Counted from the first letter of the stretch, positions 9,729-20,682 are shown. The stretch: DNA of 64,000 nucleotides from an uncultured Chloroflexia bacterium (GCA_963763775.1 CAVXPZ010000001.1:160001-224000); one strand, 5' to 3'. The notes: generated by a model from the sequence alone, not told the origin. Translations and numbers: made by a program.

Positions 9729-11447
9729 ATGGCAAAGGCACGACGCAGCGCGCAGTGGTACGGCGGTCAGGACCGCAACTCGTACATCCATCGGGCGTGG
9801 ATGCGTCGCGGCCTTCCGGCCGACGCGTTCGACGGCCGGCCGCACATCGCGATCGCGAACACGGCGTCGGACCTGAGTCCGTGCAACGCGCACCTCGACG
9901 AGGTGGCCGAGCACGTGAAGCTCGGGATCTGGGAGGCCGGCGGCGTCGCCCTCGACCTGCCGGTCATGTCGCTGGGCGAGACGCAGGTCCGGCCCACCGC
10001 GATGCTGTGGCGGAACCTCGCCGCGATGTCGATCGAGGAGATGCTCCGGGCGAACCCGATCGATGGGGTGGTCCTGCTCGGCGGCTGTGACAAGACGATC
10101 CCCGCACTCCTGATGGCCGCCGCCTCGGTCGACCTGCCCGCGTTGGTGATCCCCGGAGGGCCGATGCTGACCGGCACCTTCAAGGGGCAGGCGCTCGGGT
10201 GCGGGACCGACGTCTGGCGCCTGAGCGAGGAGGTCCGCGCGGGCACGCTGTCCGAGACGGCGTTCCTGGCCTCGGAGTCGTCGATGATCCGGAGCCGCGG
10301 CCACTGCAACACCATGGGCACGGCCTCGACGATGGCCTGCATGGCCGAGGCGCTCGGCATGACCGTGCCCGGGATCGCCGGGACGCCGGCCCCGGACAGC
10401 CGGCTCCTCCAGCATGCGCACGAGGCGGGTCGACTCGCGATCGAGCTCGTCGAGGCCGACCGACGACCCAGCACGATCCTGGGTCGCGGCTCGTTCCGGA
10501 ACGCGATCGTCGCGCTGGCGGCGATCGGCGGGTCGACCAACGCGGTCGTCCACCTGCTCGCGATCGCGGGCCGGCTCGGGGTCGAGCTCACGATCGACGA
10601 CTTCGACGCGATCGGCAGCGACGTGCCGTTGCTCGTCGACCTGGAACCGGCGGGGCGATGGCTGATGGAGGACTTCCATCGGGCGGGTGGGCTGCTCGCC
10701 GTGCTTCGCGAGGTCGAGGACCGGTTGGACCGCGACGCGCTCACCGTGACCGGCCGTCCGCTCGTCGAGTCGCTCGCCGACGCCCGGATCGAGGACGAGA
10801 CGGTGATCCGCCCCCGAACGGCCCCGCTCCAGGAGGCCGCCGGGATCGCCGTCCTGCGTGGGACCCTGGCGCCGGACGGAGCGGTGATCAAACCGTCCGC
10901 CGCGACGCCGTCGCTCCTCCAGCATCGGGGCAGGGCGCTCGTCTTCGACAGCATCGAGGACTTCAAGGCCAGGATCGACGACCCGGCGCTCGACGTCGAC
11001 GCCGACAGCGTCCTGGTCCTGCGCGGTTGCGGGCCGCGGGGCTACCCGGGGATGCCCGAGGTCGCGAACCTGCCGCTTCCCGCGAAGCTCCTGGCCCAGG
11101 GCGTCCGGGACATGGTGCGAGTCTGCGATGGCCGGATGAGCGGCACCGCGTACGGCACGGTCGTCCTCCATGTCGCGCCCGAGGCGGCCGCGGGCGGTCC
11201 GCTCGCGCGCGTCGAGACCGGCGACATCATCGTCCTCGACGTGCCGGCCCGGCGTCTGGAGGTCGACGTCGAGCCGGCGGTGCTCGCGGCACGAACGCCG
11301 TCGATGTCGACGGTCGGCGGGTTCGCGACGCCGGCCCGCGGCTGGGAGCGCCTCTACGTCGACCACGTCCTTGGCGCCGATCGCGGCGCGGACCTCGACT
11401 TCCTGGTCGGTGCGAGCGGCTCCGAGGTCTCGCGAGAGTCCCACTAG
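9729..11447 (+). CDS. IlvD/Edd family dehydratase (sugar-acid / L-arabinonate dehydratase-like)
   Basis: PCNAH, GCDKT, GHCNTMGTASTM, GGSTN, DGRMSGTAYG, C-terminal RESH. Confidence 0.92.
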   Translation: MAKARRSAQWYGGQDRNSYIHRAWMRRGLPADAFDGRPHIAIANTASDLSPCNAHLDEVAEHVKLGIWEAGGVALDLPVMSLGETQVRPTAMLWRNLAAMSIEEMLRANPIDGVVLLGGCDKTIPALLMAAASVDLPALVIPGGPMLTGTFKGQALGCGTDVWRLSEEVRAGTLSETAFLASESSMIRSRGHCNTMGTASTMACMAEALGMTVPGIAGTPAPDSRLLQHAHEAGRLAIELVEADRRPSTILGRGSFRNAIVALAAIGGSTNAVVHLLAIAGRLGVELTIDDFDAIGSDVPLLVDLEPAGRWLMEDFHRAGGLLAVLREVEDRLDRDALTVTGRPLVESLADARIEDETVIRPRTAPLQEAAGIAVLRGTLAPDGAVIKPSAATPSLLQHRGRALVFDSIEDFKARIDDPALDVDADSVLVLRGCGPRGYPGMPEVANLPLPAKLLAQGVRDMVRVCDGRMSGTAYGTVVLHVAPEAAAGGPLARVETGDIIVLDVPARRLEVDVEPAVLAARTPSMSTVGGFATPARGWERLYVDHVLGADRGADLDFLVGASGSEVSRESH

Positions 11448-11805
11448 GGGCACCCACGCACCACTCGGCCGGGGTGGTGCGGCCGAACCTTCACGGCGGG
11501 ACCCCTTTTGGCCGAGGCCTCTGTGCGGATGGACCAGTCCGCCGATCGTGTCAGAGCGGTGTGGAGCAGACCCCCGTGGTGCCCTGCCGCATCCCGATGG
11601 TCACGGGGTTCCGACAGGACCCGACCGACCGCTGTCGCCAGTACGGAAGAGGTGCGGCGGTGCACATAGGCCCCCGATGACCATGAGGTCGGTTCCGCCG
11701 AGGCCGATCGCGCGGGTATGAATGCGCTGTCTTCATCCCGCCCTGATCTCCAGGGCAACCGCCTCGACGGATCCCACCCGTGAGGCCTTACGAGCAACGA
11801 ACCGT

Positions 11806-13193
11806 ATGTCGAACTCGAGCCGCCGACGGGCCGCGAGTCGGTCGATCGCCGCTGTCTGGCTGTCCGCAGCCATGGTCATCGTCCCCGCCATCGGGCTGGC
11901 GACGGCCGCGCCGGTGGTCGCCCACGGTGCGACGGGCCCGGCGGCGCTCGACGTGGATCCCGAGGCCGCCTCCGGGCCGGCGGGGACCACCTTCACCCTG
12001 ACCGCCACCCTGTACGACGCGGACGGGGACGTCTACGCGGGCGCGGGTACCGATACGCACATCCGCTTCTACTTCGTCCCCGGCAGCCCGAATGACCCGC
12101 ACAGCGGGCTGAGCCCCGACCTCAGCTGCGATACCGGCACCGACGGCACCTGCCAGGTGAGCTACACCGCCGACGAGACCGGCACCGACTACATCTGCGG
12201 CCTCGGCACGCCGGACTGGTGGGAGTGCTTCGAGTCGGTCGGCGCGCCGGAGCGCGACGACCTTGCGGACCTGGTCAAGCGAACGGTCACGCTTGCCGAC
12301 CCCGATCCGACCCCGACCCCGACGCCCACGCCGACACCCGCCCCGACGCCCGACTCCGACCCCGACGCCCGACGCCCGACCCCGACGCCCACGCCGACCC
12401 CGACGCCCACACCGACGCCCACGCCGACCCCACGCCGACCCCGACCCCGACGCCCACGCCTGCCCCGACGCCAACACCGACACCGACACCTGCGCCCACG
12501 CCCACGCCTGCCCCGACGCCCACGCCCACGCCCACACCGACACCTGCGCCGACGCCGACCCCGACGCCCACGCCGACCCCGACGCCCACGCCCACACCGA
12601 CACCTGCGCCGACCCCGACGCCGACCCCGACGCCCACGCCGACACCAGCCCCCACGCCGAAGCCCACCCCGACACCGGCGCCCACACCGACGCCGGTCCC
12701 GACAGCGAACGCGACCCCGACCCCCGAGCCCATCCCGACCGCCACGCCGGCCACCACGCCGCCGCCGGTCTTGACAGTCGTCCCACCGGTCATCGCGGGC
12801 ACGATCGACCCGCCGACCGGGTCGTCGGGAGATGGAGGATCGACGGGCGGTAGCTCGGCCCCCGCAGGCTCGACGCGTGGCGTGACGCCCGACCCCGGCC
12901 CGCCGCCGGCCGTCGCGGTCAACCCGTCGCCCGCTGACGATCCGGCGGACTACGTCCGTACGGTCATCACCGACGTGGGCGGTCGTGTCGCCGACACCGT
13001 CGACATCGTCGTCAAGCCGCGGGCCGCGGCCGCCGTCGCGACGACGTTCACGTTCCCGCTCGCCCTGATGGTCCTCGTGGTCATCTTCCTGGTCGTCCAG
13101 CCGAGGGTCGACCGCATGGATCCGAAGTTGCGCGCTGCTCCGGAAAGCACGGCCGAGGCGATGCTCGGTTTCCTCGAGGAAGACGCGCTGTGA
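11806..13193 (+). CDS. secreted/surface protein: signal peptide, Ig-like domain, long Pro-Thr stalk, C-terminal TM; frameshifted
   Basis: N-terminal half in the 11722 frame, C-terminal half in the 12219 frame, joined within the PT repeat. Confidence 0.7.
12301..12760 (+). repeat. degenerate 6-bp (Pro-Thr codon) tandem repeat
   Basis: repeated ccgacc/ccgacg/cccacg units. Confidence 0.9.
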
Positions 13194-15766
13194 CCGCTGC
13201 CGCCACACCCCGACCGCACGCCGTGACGCCCGCGCTCGACGCCGACCAGGTCGTTCGAGCTCTGCGCCCGAGCTCGACGAGCAAGGCCGAGTTCTCGTCG
13301 CTCTCGGACCGGATGTCGTATCTGCTGGTCCTGCGCATCGCGATGGGCGTGATCATCGTGACATGGGGCGTCCTTCGGCCCGAGGCCCTCATCGTCCCGT
13401 ACAGCACGCTCGGGATCGTCACCGCGGCCTACCTCGGCGTCGCGGTCCTCGGCGAGGTCGTGCGTCGCCGCTCCGGCCGACTCGCGTACGCGACGATGAC
13501 GGCGCTCCTCCTGATCGACGGCCTCTACCTCGCGGCCGCCATGTATGCCACGGGCGGCGCGCAGAGCCCGATCCGCTTCATGCTGTACCTCCAGCTCGTG
13601 GCGGTCTCCCTGCTCGCGTCCTACCGCACGGGCCTGAAGATGGCCCTGTGGGACTCGCTCCTGCTCATCGTCCTGCTGTACGCGCAGGCGGCTCGCCTGA
13701 TGCCCGCTGTCGACGTGAAGCCGGGTGTCGCGATCGAGTTCGAGCAGATGCCGGTCCTGAACGTCACCGCGTTCTGGCTGTTCGCCATCGCCACGTCGTT
13801 CTTCTCCGCGCTCAACGAACGCGAACTCCGTCAGCGCCGTGCCGATCTCCAGGCCCTGGTCGAGGTCGGCGCGCGGCTCGATGCCGTCGCCGACGCCATC
13901 CAGCAGGCGGACATCGTCGTCAGCTCGCTCGTGAGCCGCTTCGGGTTCGAGCGGGTGGCGCTGCTCGGCGAGTCCGACGGGCGCGTCGTCGCCCTCGCGA
14001 CCCACGGCACGACCGAGGCCCCGACGACCCCGACCGACCCCGACTGGATCCTGCAGCGCGCGTGGGAGCGGCGGGAGACCCTGCCGGTCAAGCGTCTGGA
14101 CGTGGCGCGCGACCCGTTCCTTGTCGCCCTGATGCCCGACGCCCGAAACATCCTGGTCGCACCGATGATCGTGGAAGGCAAGACGGTCGGCGCCATCGTC
14201 GTCGAGCATCGCGCGCGCCGTCGGACCGGTGTCGAGCGTCGAGTCGCCGCCATGCTCGGCCAGTTCGCCTCGATCGCCGCCCTGAACCTGCGCAACGCCG
14301 TCCTGCTCCAGCACGTCCAGGATCTCGCCGAGCGCGACTCGCTCACGGGCGCCGCCAACCGGCGCATGTTCACGCTCGCCCTCGAACGGATCCTGCACAG
14401 CCACTCCTCGAAGCCACGCGCCGACAAGGTCACGGCCGTCCTGTTCCTCGATCTCGACGACTTCAAGGTCATCAACGACTCGCTCGGCCACGCGGCCGGC
14501 GACGAGCTCCTCGTGGCGGTGACGGAGCGCATCTCGAGCCTCGTGCGTGATGGGGACCTGGTCGCCCGGCTCGGGGGCGACGAGTTCGCCATCCTCACCG
14601 AGGACGAGCCGATGCTCAGCCGCGCTCGGTCGATGGCCGCCAGGCTCGTCTACGAGCTCCGCGCGCCGTATGTGCTCGGCGAGAAGCACGTGGTCGTGAC
14701 CGCCTCGGTCGGGATCGCCAGTGCCCGGGACGCCGTGACCGGTGCCGCCGACCTCGTCCGCAACGCCGACGTCGCGATGTACATGGCCAAGGCCAACGGG
14801 AAGTCCGGCTTCGCGATCTTCGATCCCGGCATGCACGAGGCGATGCGCGAACGCCATGAGCTGAGCGTCGACCTCCAGCGTGCCGTCGACCTCGACCAGC
14901 TCGTGCTGCTCTACCAGCCGATCATCGACCTCACGACGGGCGGGCTGGCCGGCGTGGAGGCGCTGGTCCGCTGGTCGCACCCGGGCCACGGGACGATCAT
15001 GCCCGACCAGTTCATCGAGATCGCCGAGGAGACCGGTGCCATCCTCCCGATCGGCCACTGGGTCCTGCGCGAGGCGTGCCGGGAAGCCGCCGCGTGGCTG
15101 GGGGACGGCCGGGTTCCCGCCGAGACCTTCGTGAGCGTGAACGTGTCGGCCCGGGAGATCCAGTCCCTCGGCTTCGTCGACGGCATCAAGGCCGTCCTTG
15201 CCGAGTCCGGCCTCGACCCGACGAGGCTCGTCCTCGAGATCACCGAGACCGCGCTCCTTAAGGCCAACCCGACCACCGTCGCGACACTCGAGGCCGTTCG
15301 AGCCCTTGGTGTTCGGACCGTCATCGACGACTTCGGGACCGGCTACTTCTCGCTCAGCCACCTGCGCCAGTTCCCGGTCGACGCGCTGAAGGTCGCCAAG
15401 GAGTTCGTCCAGGAGACCGACAGCACGTCGAAGTCCGCCGCCCTCGCCGGCGCCATCGTGGCGATGAGCCGCTCGCTCGGCATCGAGACCGTGGCCGAGG
15501 GCATCGAGACCCTCGAGCAGGCCGAGCGCATGCGACAGCTCGGCTGCCGGTTCGGCCAGGGCTACGTCTTCGCCCGGCCGATGCTCGAGGCGGACCTCCT
15601 CGGGACCTTCGGGAACCCCACGTCCATCGCCGAAGCGACGACCACTGCGGTCGTCGCTTCGGCGGCCACCTCCGCCCGCCCGTCGACGCGTGCGGTCGCC
15701 GCGAAGATCGTGTCGCCGGCGAAGGCGACCATCACCCGCCGACCAGTGCCGAGGACTGCCGCCTAG
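13190..15766 (+). CDS. membrane-bound GAF-GGDEF-EAL diguanylate cyclase/phosphodiesterase
   Basis: N-terminal TMs, GAF-like region, DSLTG, RLGGDEF, EALVRW, DDFGTGY, VAEGIE. Confidence 0.95.
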   Translation: MTAAATPRPHAVTPALDADQVVRALRPSSTSKAEFSSLSDRMSYLLVLRIAMGVIIVTWGVLRPEALIVPYSTLGIVTAAYLGVAVLGEVVRRRSGRLAYATMTALLLIDGLYLAAAMYATGGAQSPIRFMLYLQLVAVSLLASYRTGLKMALWDSLLLIVLLYAQAARLMPAVDVKPGVAIEFEQMPVLNVTAFWLFAIATSFFSALNERELRQRRADLQALVEVGARLDAVADAIQQADIVVSSLVSRFGFERVALLGESDGRVVALATHGTTEAPTTPTDPDWILQRAWERRETLPVKRLDVARDPFLVALMPDARNILVAPMIVEGKTVGAIVVEHRARRRTGVERRVAAMLGQFASIAALNLRNAVLLQHVQDLAERDSLTGAANRRMFTLALERILHSHSSKPRADKVTAVLFLDLDDFKVINDSLGHAAGDELLVAVTERISSLVRDGDLVARLGGDEFAILTEDEPMLSRARSMAARLVYELRAPYVLGEKHVVVTASVGIASARDAVTGAADLVRNADVAMYMAKANGKSGFAIFDPGMHEAMRERHELSVDLQRAVDLDQLVLLYQPIIDLTTGGLAGVEALVRWSHPGHGTIMPDQFIEIAEETGAILPIGHWVLREACREAAAWLGDGRVPAETFVSVNVSAREIQSLGFVDGIKAVLAESGLDPTRLVLEITETALLKANPTTVATLEAVRALGVRTVIDDFGTGYFSLSHLRQFPVDALKVAKEFVQETDSTSKSAALAGAIVAMSRSLGIETVAEGIETLEQAERMRQLGCRFGQGYVFARPMLEADLLGTFGNPTSIAEATTTAVVASAATSARPSTRAVAAKIVSPAKATITRRPVPRTAA

Positions 15767-16440
15767 CCTCGTGCCCGGGCGCGCTCCGGGCCGGCGTCCT
15801 CGTCCGTCTCGTTCCAGAGTTCGACGACGGGCGTCTCCTTGTCCCAGCCGAGGATGGAGCGGCTGGCCGTCCCAAGCGCGAACAGGCTTCCGGAACCGGC
15901 CGGCAAGCCGAGCCAGCGGGCCGCCAGGACGCGCAACAGATGGCCGTGGCCGAACAGGAGGACGTCGTCATCACCGTCCAGCGCGAGCGCTCGCGCGATG
16001 ACCCGGTCCACGCGGGCGCTGACCTGGGTCGCCGTCTCGCCCCCCGGCCACGGGCCGTGCCAGATCGACCAGCCCGGGTGCGCGGCTCGGATCTCGGAGG
16101 TGCGCAACCCCTCGAGCACGCCGTAGTCCCACTCGGTGAGGTCGGGGTCCACGACGGCCGTCGATCCGAACCCGGCGAGACGGGCCGTCTCGGTCGCCCG
16201 CGACAGGGGACTCGTCAGCACCAAGGAGAAGGCCTGGCCCCGGAGGCGGGCACCCAGGGACTCGGCCTGGGCGATGCCGACATCGGTGAGCGGCACATCG
16301 GTGTGGCTGGTGTGCCGGAGCTCGCGGGCCCACTCGGTCTCGCCATGCCGCACCAGCCACAGTCGACGCCGTTCGGACACCTCGGGCGGCTCCAGCGGTT
16401 CGGACATCTCGGGCGTCTTGCTGACGCCCTTCCCGGCCAT
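15763..16440 (-). CDS. histidine phosphatase family protein
   Basis: LVRHGETEW, SPLSRA, EWDYG..EG, GHGH. Confidence 0.92.
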   Translation of the reverse strand: MAGKGVSKTPEMSEPLEPPEVSERRRLWLVRHGETEWARELRHTSHTDVPLTDVGIAQAESLGARLRGQAFSLVLTSPLSRATETARLAGFGSTAVVDPDLTEWDYGVLEGLRTSEIRAAHPGWSIWHGPWPGGETATQVSARVDRVIARALALDGDDDVLLFGHGHLLRVLAARWLGLPAGSGSLFALGTASRSILGWDKETPVVELWNETDEDAGPERARARG

Positions 16441-17027
16441 CAGCCGGGCGGCCGGGTCGTGTCGAGCGACACGTCGGGCCGCACGATGTCGCCGGGCTCG
16501 GCCTTGAAGTACTCGCGCGGCGTCCAGCCGAACAGCGCGGCCATCGCGTTGACCGGGAACTGCGAGATCTTGGTGTCGTACCGGTAGACCTGGTCGTTGT
16601 AGAGCTCGCGGCGGTCCGCGATCATCCCCTCGATCCGTTCGATCTCCTCCTGGAGGTCGGCGACGTTCTCGCCGGCCTTGATGTCCGGATACCGCTCGAC
16701 GACCGCGAAGAGCGACCGCACCGCGGCCGTCGTCGCTTCCGACGTGACCGCCTGATCGTGGATCGGCTGCGTGGGGGAGTAGGCCGCCCGAGCTCGGGTG
16801 ACCTCGGTGAGGACGTCCTGCTCGTACGCCATCAGGCCGCGGACGGCGGAGACGAGGGCCGGCAGCTGGTCATGCCGCTGCTTGAGGATGACGTCGATGT
16901 TCGCCCACGCCTTGTCGATCCGTCGCTGGAGGGCGATGACGGCGTTGTAGTTCGAGATCACGATGAATCCCGCGACCACGAGCACGAGCCCGACCGCGAA
17001 CGCGGCGGCATATCCCGAGGCGTTCAC
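16440..17027 (-). CDS. lemA: LemA family protein
   Basis: N-terminal TM, YN..., AWANIDV.LKQRHD..P.LV, ERYPDIKA, RE.YND.V, FP. Confidence 0.92.
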   Translation of the reverse strand: MNASGYAAAFAVGLVLVVAGFIVISNYNAVIALQRRIDKAWANIDVILKQRHDQLPALVSAVRGLMAYEQDVLTEVTRARAAYSPTQPIHDQAVTSEATTAAVRSLFAVVERYPDIKAGENVADLQEEIERIEGMIADRRELYNDQVYRYDTKISQFPVNAMAALFGWTPREYFKAEPGDIVRPDVSLDTTRPPG

Positions 17028-18094
17028 GAACCCGACCCTCCACTGACGATGACGGCGAGGACCACGGCGGCGACGATCGAGACGACCGCGCCGAGGAGGC
17101 CGACCAGGAACCGCGACGACTGGCGGGCCGCGGCCTCGGCCGGCAGTCCGTAGGTGACGAGCAGCGGCGACTCCGAGGTCGAGGCTAGGACCAGCGTCTC
17201 CGGCGCGATCGTGAAGGTCCGCTCCACGCGCTGCGCCTCCGCCTCGGACGCGATGGGCATGGCGTGCGCGTCGGGGTCGAGGTCCGGCGGGCGGGTGGGC
17301 CGCCCGATCCCGAACCCCGGGATGGCCGCATTCCCCCACGCGTCCTCGGGGTCGTCGACGAGCGTCCCGGCGGCCCGAGCGTCGGCGATGTCGGCGGCGA
17401 CCTCCGGGTCGGCCCCGGAGACGGACGGATCGCCGCTGCCGATGTCGGCTTGCGCCGGGTCGCGGAGGTCACCGAACGGGAGCGCCTGGCCCAGGATGGT
17501 CACGGCATCCCCGATCTCCAGGCGGCGCTCCCGGTACTGGCGGGAGCCGCGGTCCGCGGCCATCGTCCACGGTCCGCCGGACGCGTCCGGGGTATGGACC
17601 CGGAGGAGGTCGGCGATCGCGGCGTCCCGGTCTGGCTGGGCCACCGCGAAGGCGCTCTCGGTCCGCCATCGCAACCCCATCGGCTCATCCCCGAGCGAGC
17701 CCGTCCGGTCCTCCCAACGGACCGGGGCATCGATCCGCGCCTCGCGCGGGAACACGCGGACCACACCCGAGGGATCGCGCACCTGGAACCCGACGGCGCG
17801 CTCCTCGACGAGGTCGTGCTGGGCCCCGACGCCGTCGCCTTCGGCGTCGACGCTCGATCGGTAGTACACGCATCGCTCGCTCTGGAGGAGCGAGACCAGG
17901 GCGAGCTCGGCCGGCTCGATGACCCCGCTGATTCGGACGTCGCCGGCCGCGAGCGCGCTGATCGTCGACGTGGCGGTGTCGCTGATCCGCCCAGCCATCC
18001 GATACCCGCCGAATCCGCGGGCGAGGAGCCACAGGCCACCGACAAGGCCGATGATCGCGATGGCGGCCACGACCGGCCCGTCGGATGGGTCCAC
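17024..18094 (-). CDS. GIDE-domain-like membrane protein
   Basis: N- and C-terminal TMs; DTATSTI..., CVYYR, ERRLEIGD.VTILG pattern; adjacent to lemA. Confidence 0.6.
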   Translation of the reverse strand: MDPSDGPVVAAIAIIGLVGGLWLLARGFGGYRMAGRISDTATSTISALAAGDVRISGVIEPAELALVSLLQSERCVYYRSSVDAEGDGVGAQHDLVEERAVGFQVRDPSGVVRVFPREARIDAPVRWEDRTGSLGDEPMGLRWRTESAFAVAQPDRDAAIADLLRVHTPDASGGPWTMAADRGSRQYRERRLEIGDAVTILGQALPFGDLRDPAQADIGSGDPSVSGADPEVAADIADARAAGTLVDDPEDAWGNAAIPGFGIGRPTRPPDLDPDAHAMPIASEAEAQRVERTFTIAPETLVLASTSESPLLVTYGLPAEAAARQSSRFLVGLLGAVVSIVAAVVLAVIVSGGSGS

Positions 18095-18118
18095 GGGCCC
18101 ATCGTACGGGACGCTGGG

Positions 18119-18388
18119 TCAGTCGTGACGAGGGCGAAACGCCAGGATCACGAGGACCACGCCGAGGATGACCGAGGCGATCGGCCAAGCCAGGGACGCG
18201 TCGAACGCCGGGAAGAGCTCGCGCAGCAGGAACAGGCCACCGAGCCCGACCAGGATGAGGCCGGCGATGATCGCGCCGCGGCGACCACCGTCACTCGGAC
18301 GGGCCGTCGGCGCGGGGGCAGCCTGGGGGACGACGGAACCGTCGGGGGCACGCCAGCCGCCCGGCGGGATCGGGGGTTCAGCCACCAC
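18119..18388 (-). CDS. small membrane protein (DUF5668/LiaF-like TM hairpin)
   Basis: GLILVGLGGLFLL...WP..VILGVVL. Confidence 0.6.
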   Translation of the reverse strand: MVAEPPIPPGGWRAPDGSVVPQAAPAPTARPSDGGRRGAIIAGLILVGLGGLFLLRELFPAFDASLAWPIASVILGVVLVILAFRPRHD

Positions 18389-19373
18389 AGCCCTCCGCTG
18401 GATCGAGTTCGAACGACGCGAGATTGCCGGTCGTTCGGAGGTCGATGCGCACCGCCGCCGTGTCGTAGCCCGGCGTCGCCCAGGTCGACCCCTGCTGCAC
18501 CAGCCCGTGGCCGGCGTAGTCGTAGGAGCTCAGGACGCTGTCGTCGGTCTCCAGGCGGAGCGCCACGCCGGGTGGTGTGCAGAGCTTGACGGACCCCGCA
18601 TTGGCCTCGATGGAGCCGGTGGTCCCCGTCGCCGGAAGGGTCAGGCCGAGCGACCCCGCGTTGAGCTGGACGTCGACGTCCGTGACGGCGTGGGCCTGCC
18701 CGAGGTCCACCGACGAGCTGGCCGCATTGAGCTGCAGCCCGAGCGTGCCGATCCGCGCGCCGCGGAGGTCCATCCGCGACGTGCCGGCGTTGACCTGGGC
18801 ATCGAGGTCGATCTGCGGGGCGTTCGGGAGTGTCACGACCCAGTCCTCGCGGCCACCGCCCCAGTCGAACAGCCCCTGCACCGCATCCGAGGACTCGACG
18901 GACAGGCTCGAGCCGTCGGCGTCGATCCTGGGACCCGCGCCGGAACCGCCGTCGCCGGTCACCCGCCAGCCGGCGCCGTCGTCGCTCGCGACCGTCAGGT
19001 CGCCGCAGTCGAGGCGGATGTCGACGCTCGCGGTCGACGAGGTGAAGGTGCCGTCTCGGGCGGCGAACGGGGTGGCGTTCTCGAGCGGGCCGCAGACGTG
19101 GCCGGGAAACCCGCCGATCCCGGCGGCGCCGGTGCTCGCCGCCGCCCCGACCATGAGGCCGAAGGTCGCGGCCACGACGAGTCCGCCGATCGCGTCGAAC
19201 GAGGTCCGTCGGAGCAGGAGACCAAGGCCGATCCCGATCAGGATCAGCGGCCAGAAGCGCCACCAGTCCGCGACCTGCGCGGCGGTGAGGACACCCGCCT
19301 GGACCGCGAGCGGGACGGCCCCGAGCAGGATGAAGAAGACGCCCCAGCCAAGGAAGCCACGATGGATGTGCAT
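18378..19373 (-). CDS. LiaF/DUF5668-type membrane protein with C-terminal beta-repeat (DUF4097-like) domain
   Basis: GWGVFFILLG..WRFWPLILIGIG; repeated x-L-x-L-N-A-G strands. Confidence 0.65.
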   Translation of the reverse strand: MHIHRGFLGWGVFFILLGAVPLAVQAGVLTAAQVADWWRFWPLILIGIGLGLLLRRTSFDAIGGLVVAATFGLMVGAAASTGAAGIGGFPGHVCGPLENATPFAARDGTFTSSTASVDIRLDCGDLTVASDDGAGWRVTGDGGSGAGPRIDADGSSLSVESSDAVQGLFDWGGGREDWVVTLPNAPQIDLDAQVNAGTSRMDLRGARIGTLGLQLNAASSSVDLGQAHAVTDVDVQLNAGSLGLTLPATGTTGSIEANAGSVKLCTPPGVALRLETDDSVLSSYDYAGHGLVQQGSTWATPGYDTAAVRIDLRTTGNLASFELDPAEGCGG

Positions 19374-19507
19374 GGGGCTCATCGTGTCCGGCTGTGTGTC
19401 GCCGGGCAACGGCCGAATGTCATGAATCGGGCACGACATCGGTGTGCTAGCCTCGGCGCAGGACCGGACGTGGCAGCGGCATCGCCGGAGCAACGCGGGA
19501 GGGGCGG

Positions 19508-20035
19508 ATGCGCTTGAGGGAGTGGCGTGATGTCGCGCCGCGCAAGGACTCGATGGGTCCCAAGGTCGTCTCGGTCATCGATGAGGCCCTCGATCTCCTC
19601 GGTTCGGAGCCCAACCCCGACTGCTGGGTGGTCTGGGGCGACGATCCCGCCGTCCGGTATGTGCTGCTGGTGCCCATCGACGCGGGCCTGCTCACGGTGA
19701 ACGTGCGCGTCAACGTCCCAGGCGAGGGACCACGCGCCCAGGGAAAGCTGATCCGCTGGAACCGCGTCCAGACCGGCGAGCTGGCGGTGGAGATCCAGGG
19801 CGGGCATCGGTTGATCAATTTCCAGATCGAGAACAACGTCCTGCGCGGCAAGGACGACGAGGCGGGGGTCCTCTCGGACTTCGTCCTGGTCGTGTACGAC
19901 GCGATCGACGGCCGGTCCGCAGCCCCGAGGGTCGTCGCGATGGCACCGTCGGCGAAAGGGCCGATCGTGACGCCCGTGCGGACGTCGAAGGCGCCGGTCC
20001 CACAGCTCCCGGCGCCAGGGGAGACCGGCAGCTGA
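19508..20035 (+). CDS. hypothetical protein
   Basis: 175-aa ORF with GGAGG RBS and coding-like codon use. Confidence 0.65.
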   Translation: MRLREWRDVAPRKDSMGPKVVSVIDEALDLLGSEPNPDCWVVWGDDPAVRYVLLVPIDAGLLTVNVRVNVPGEGPRAQGKLIRWNRVQTGELAVEIQGGHRLINFQIENNVLRGKDDEAGVLSDFVLVVYDAIDGRSAAPRVVAMAPSAKGPIVTPVRTSKAPVPQLPAPGETGS

Positions 20036-20040
20036 TCGAC

Positions 20041-20682
20041 GTGGTCATCTTCGACCTCGATGGAGTGCTCGTGGACTCGGAGATCTGGTGGGATGAGGTC
20101 CGTCACACGTTCGCGGCCGAGCACGACCGGACCTGGACCGCGGCGGACCAGGCGGCCGTCATGGGCGCGAATTCGCGGGGCTGGTCGCGGATCATGCGCG
20201 AGCGGCTCGACCTGCCGATGCCCGATGTCGACATCGAACGGGCCATCGTCGAGGGCGTCGTCGCGCGCTACGAGCACGAGGGCGCGCCGCGCATCGAGGG
20301 GGCCGTGGAGGCGGTCCGCCGGATCGCCGCGGACCGGCCGGTGGCGATCGCGTCGTCGGCCCATCGCGCCGTCATCGACGCGACGCTCGCGGCGACCGGC
20401 CTGACCGACGTGTTCGAGGTCGTCGTCTCGTCCGACGATGTCGAGCATGGGAAGCCGGCGCCGGACGTCTATCTCGAGGTCGCCAGGCGGCTCGGCGTGG
20501 CCCCGGAACGGGCGCTGGTCGTCGAGGACTCGCGCAACGGCGTCCTGGCCGGGAAGGCCGCCGGGATGACGGTGGTGCTGGTCCCGAATGGGGCCGTGCC
20601 GCCGGCCGCTGGCGCGGCTCAGGCCGCGGACCTCGTCCTCGAGCGCCTCGCCGACCTCGATCCAGACGCATTCGGGCCGTGA
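20041..20682 (+). CDS. HAD family phosphatase (beta-PGM-like)
   Basis: FDLDGVLVDSE, ASS, GKPAPDVY, VEDSRNG. Confidence 0.92.
   Translation: MVIFDLDGVLVDSEIWWDEVRHTFAAEHDRTWTAADQAAVMGANSRGWSRIMRERLDLPMPDVDIERAIVEGVVARYEHEGAPRIEGAVEAVRRIAADRPVAIASSAHRAVIDATLAATGLTDVFEVVVSSDDVEHGKPAPDVYLEVARRLGVAPERALVVEDSRNGVLAGKAAGMTVVLVPNGAVPPAAGAAQAADLVLERLADLDPDAFGP

Noticed and set aside
2772-11447. Genomic island integrated at tRNA-Asn (likewise at tRNA-Val)
   Set aside because: No integrase or transposase, and no duplicated tRNA 3' end seen.
12301-12760. Repeat array as a CRISPR or mobile-element repeat
   Set aside because: Degenerate 6-bp units encoding Pro-Thr; no spacers and no cas genes.
12950-15361. 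Long antisense or alternate-frame ORFs (also 9198-11453, 38340-40247, 46271-48658)
   Set aside because: Shadow ORFs caused by stop-codon scarcity at high GC; no recognisable motifs.
19540-19549. GCGCAAGGAC as a fourth palindrome copy
   Set aside because: Half-site only; the left arm does not match.
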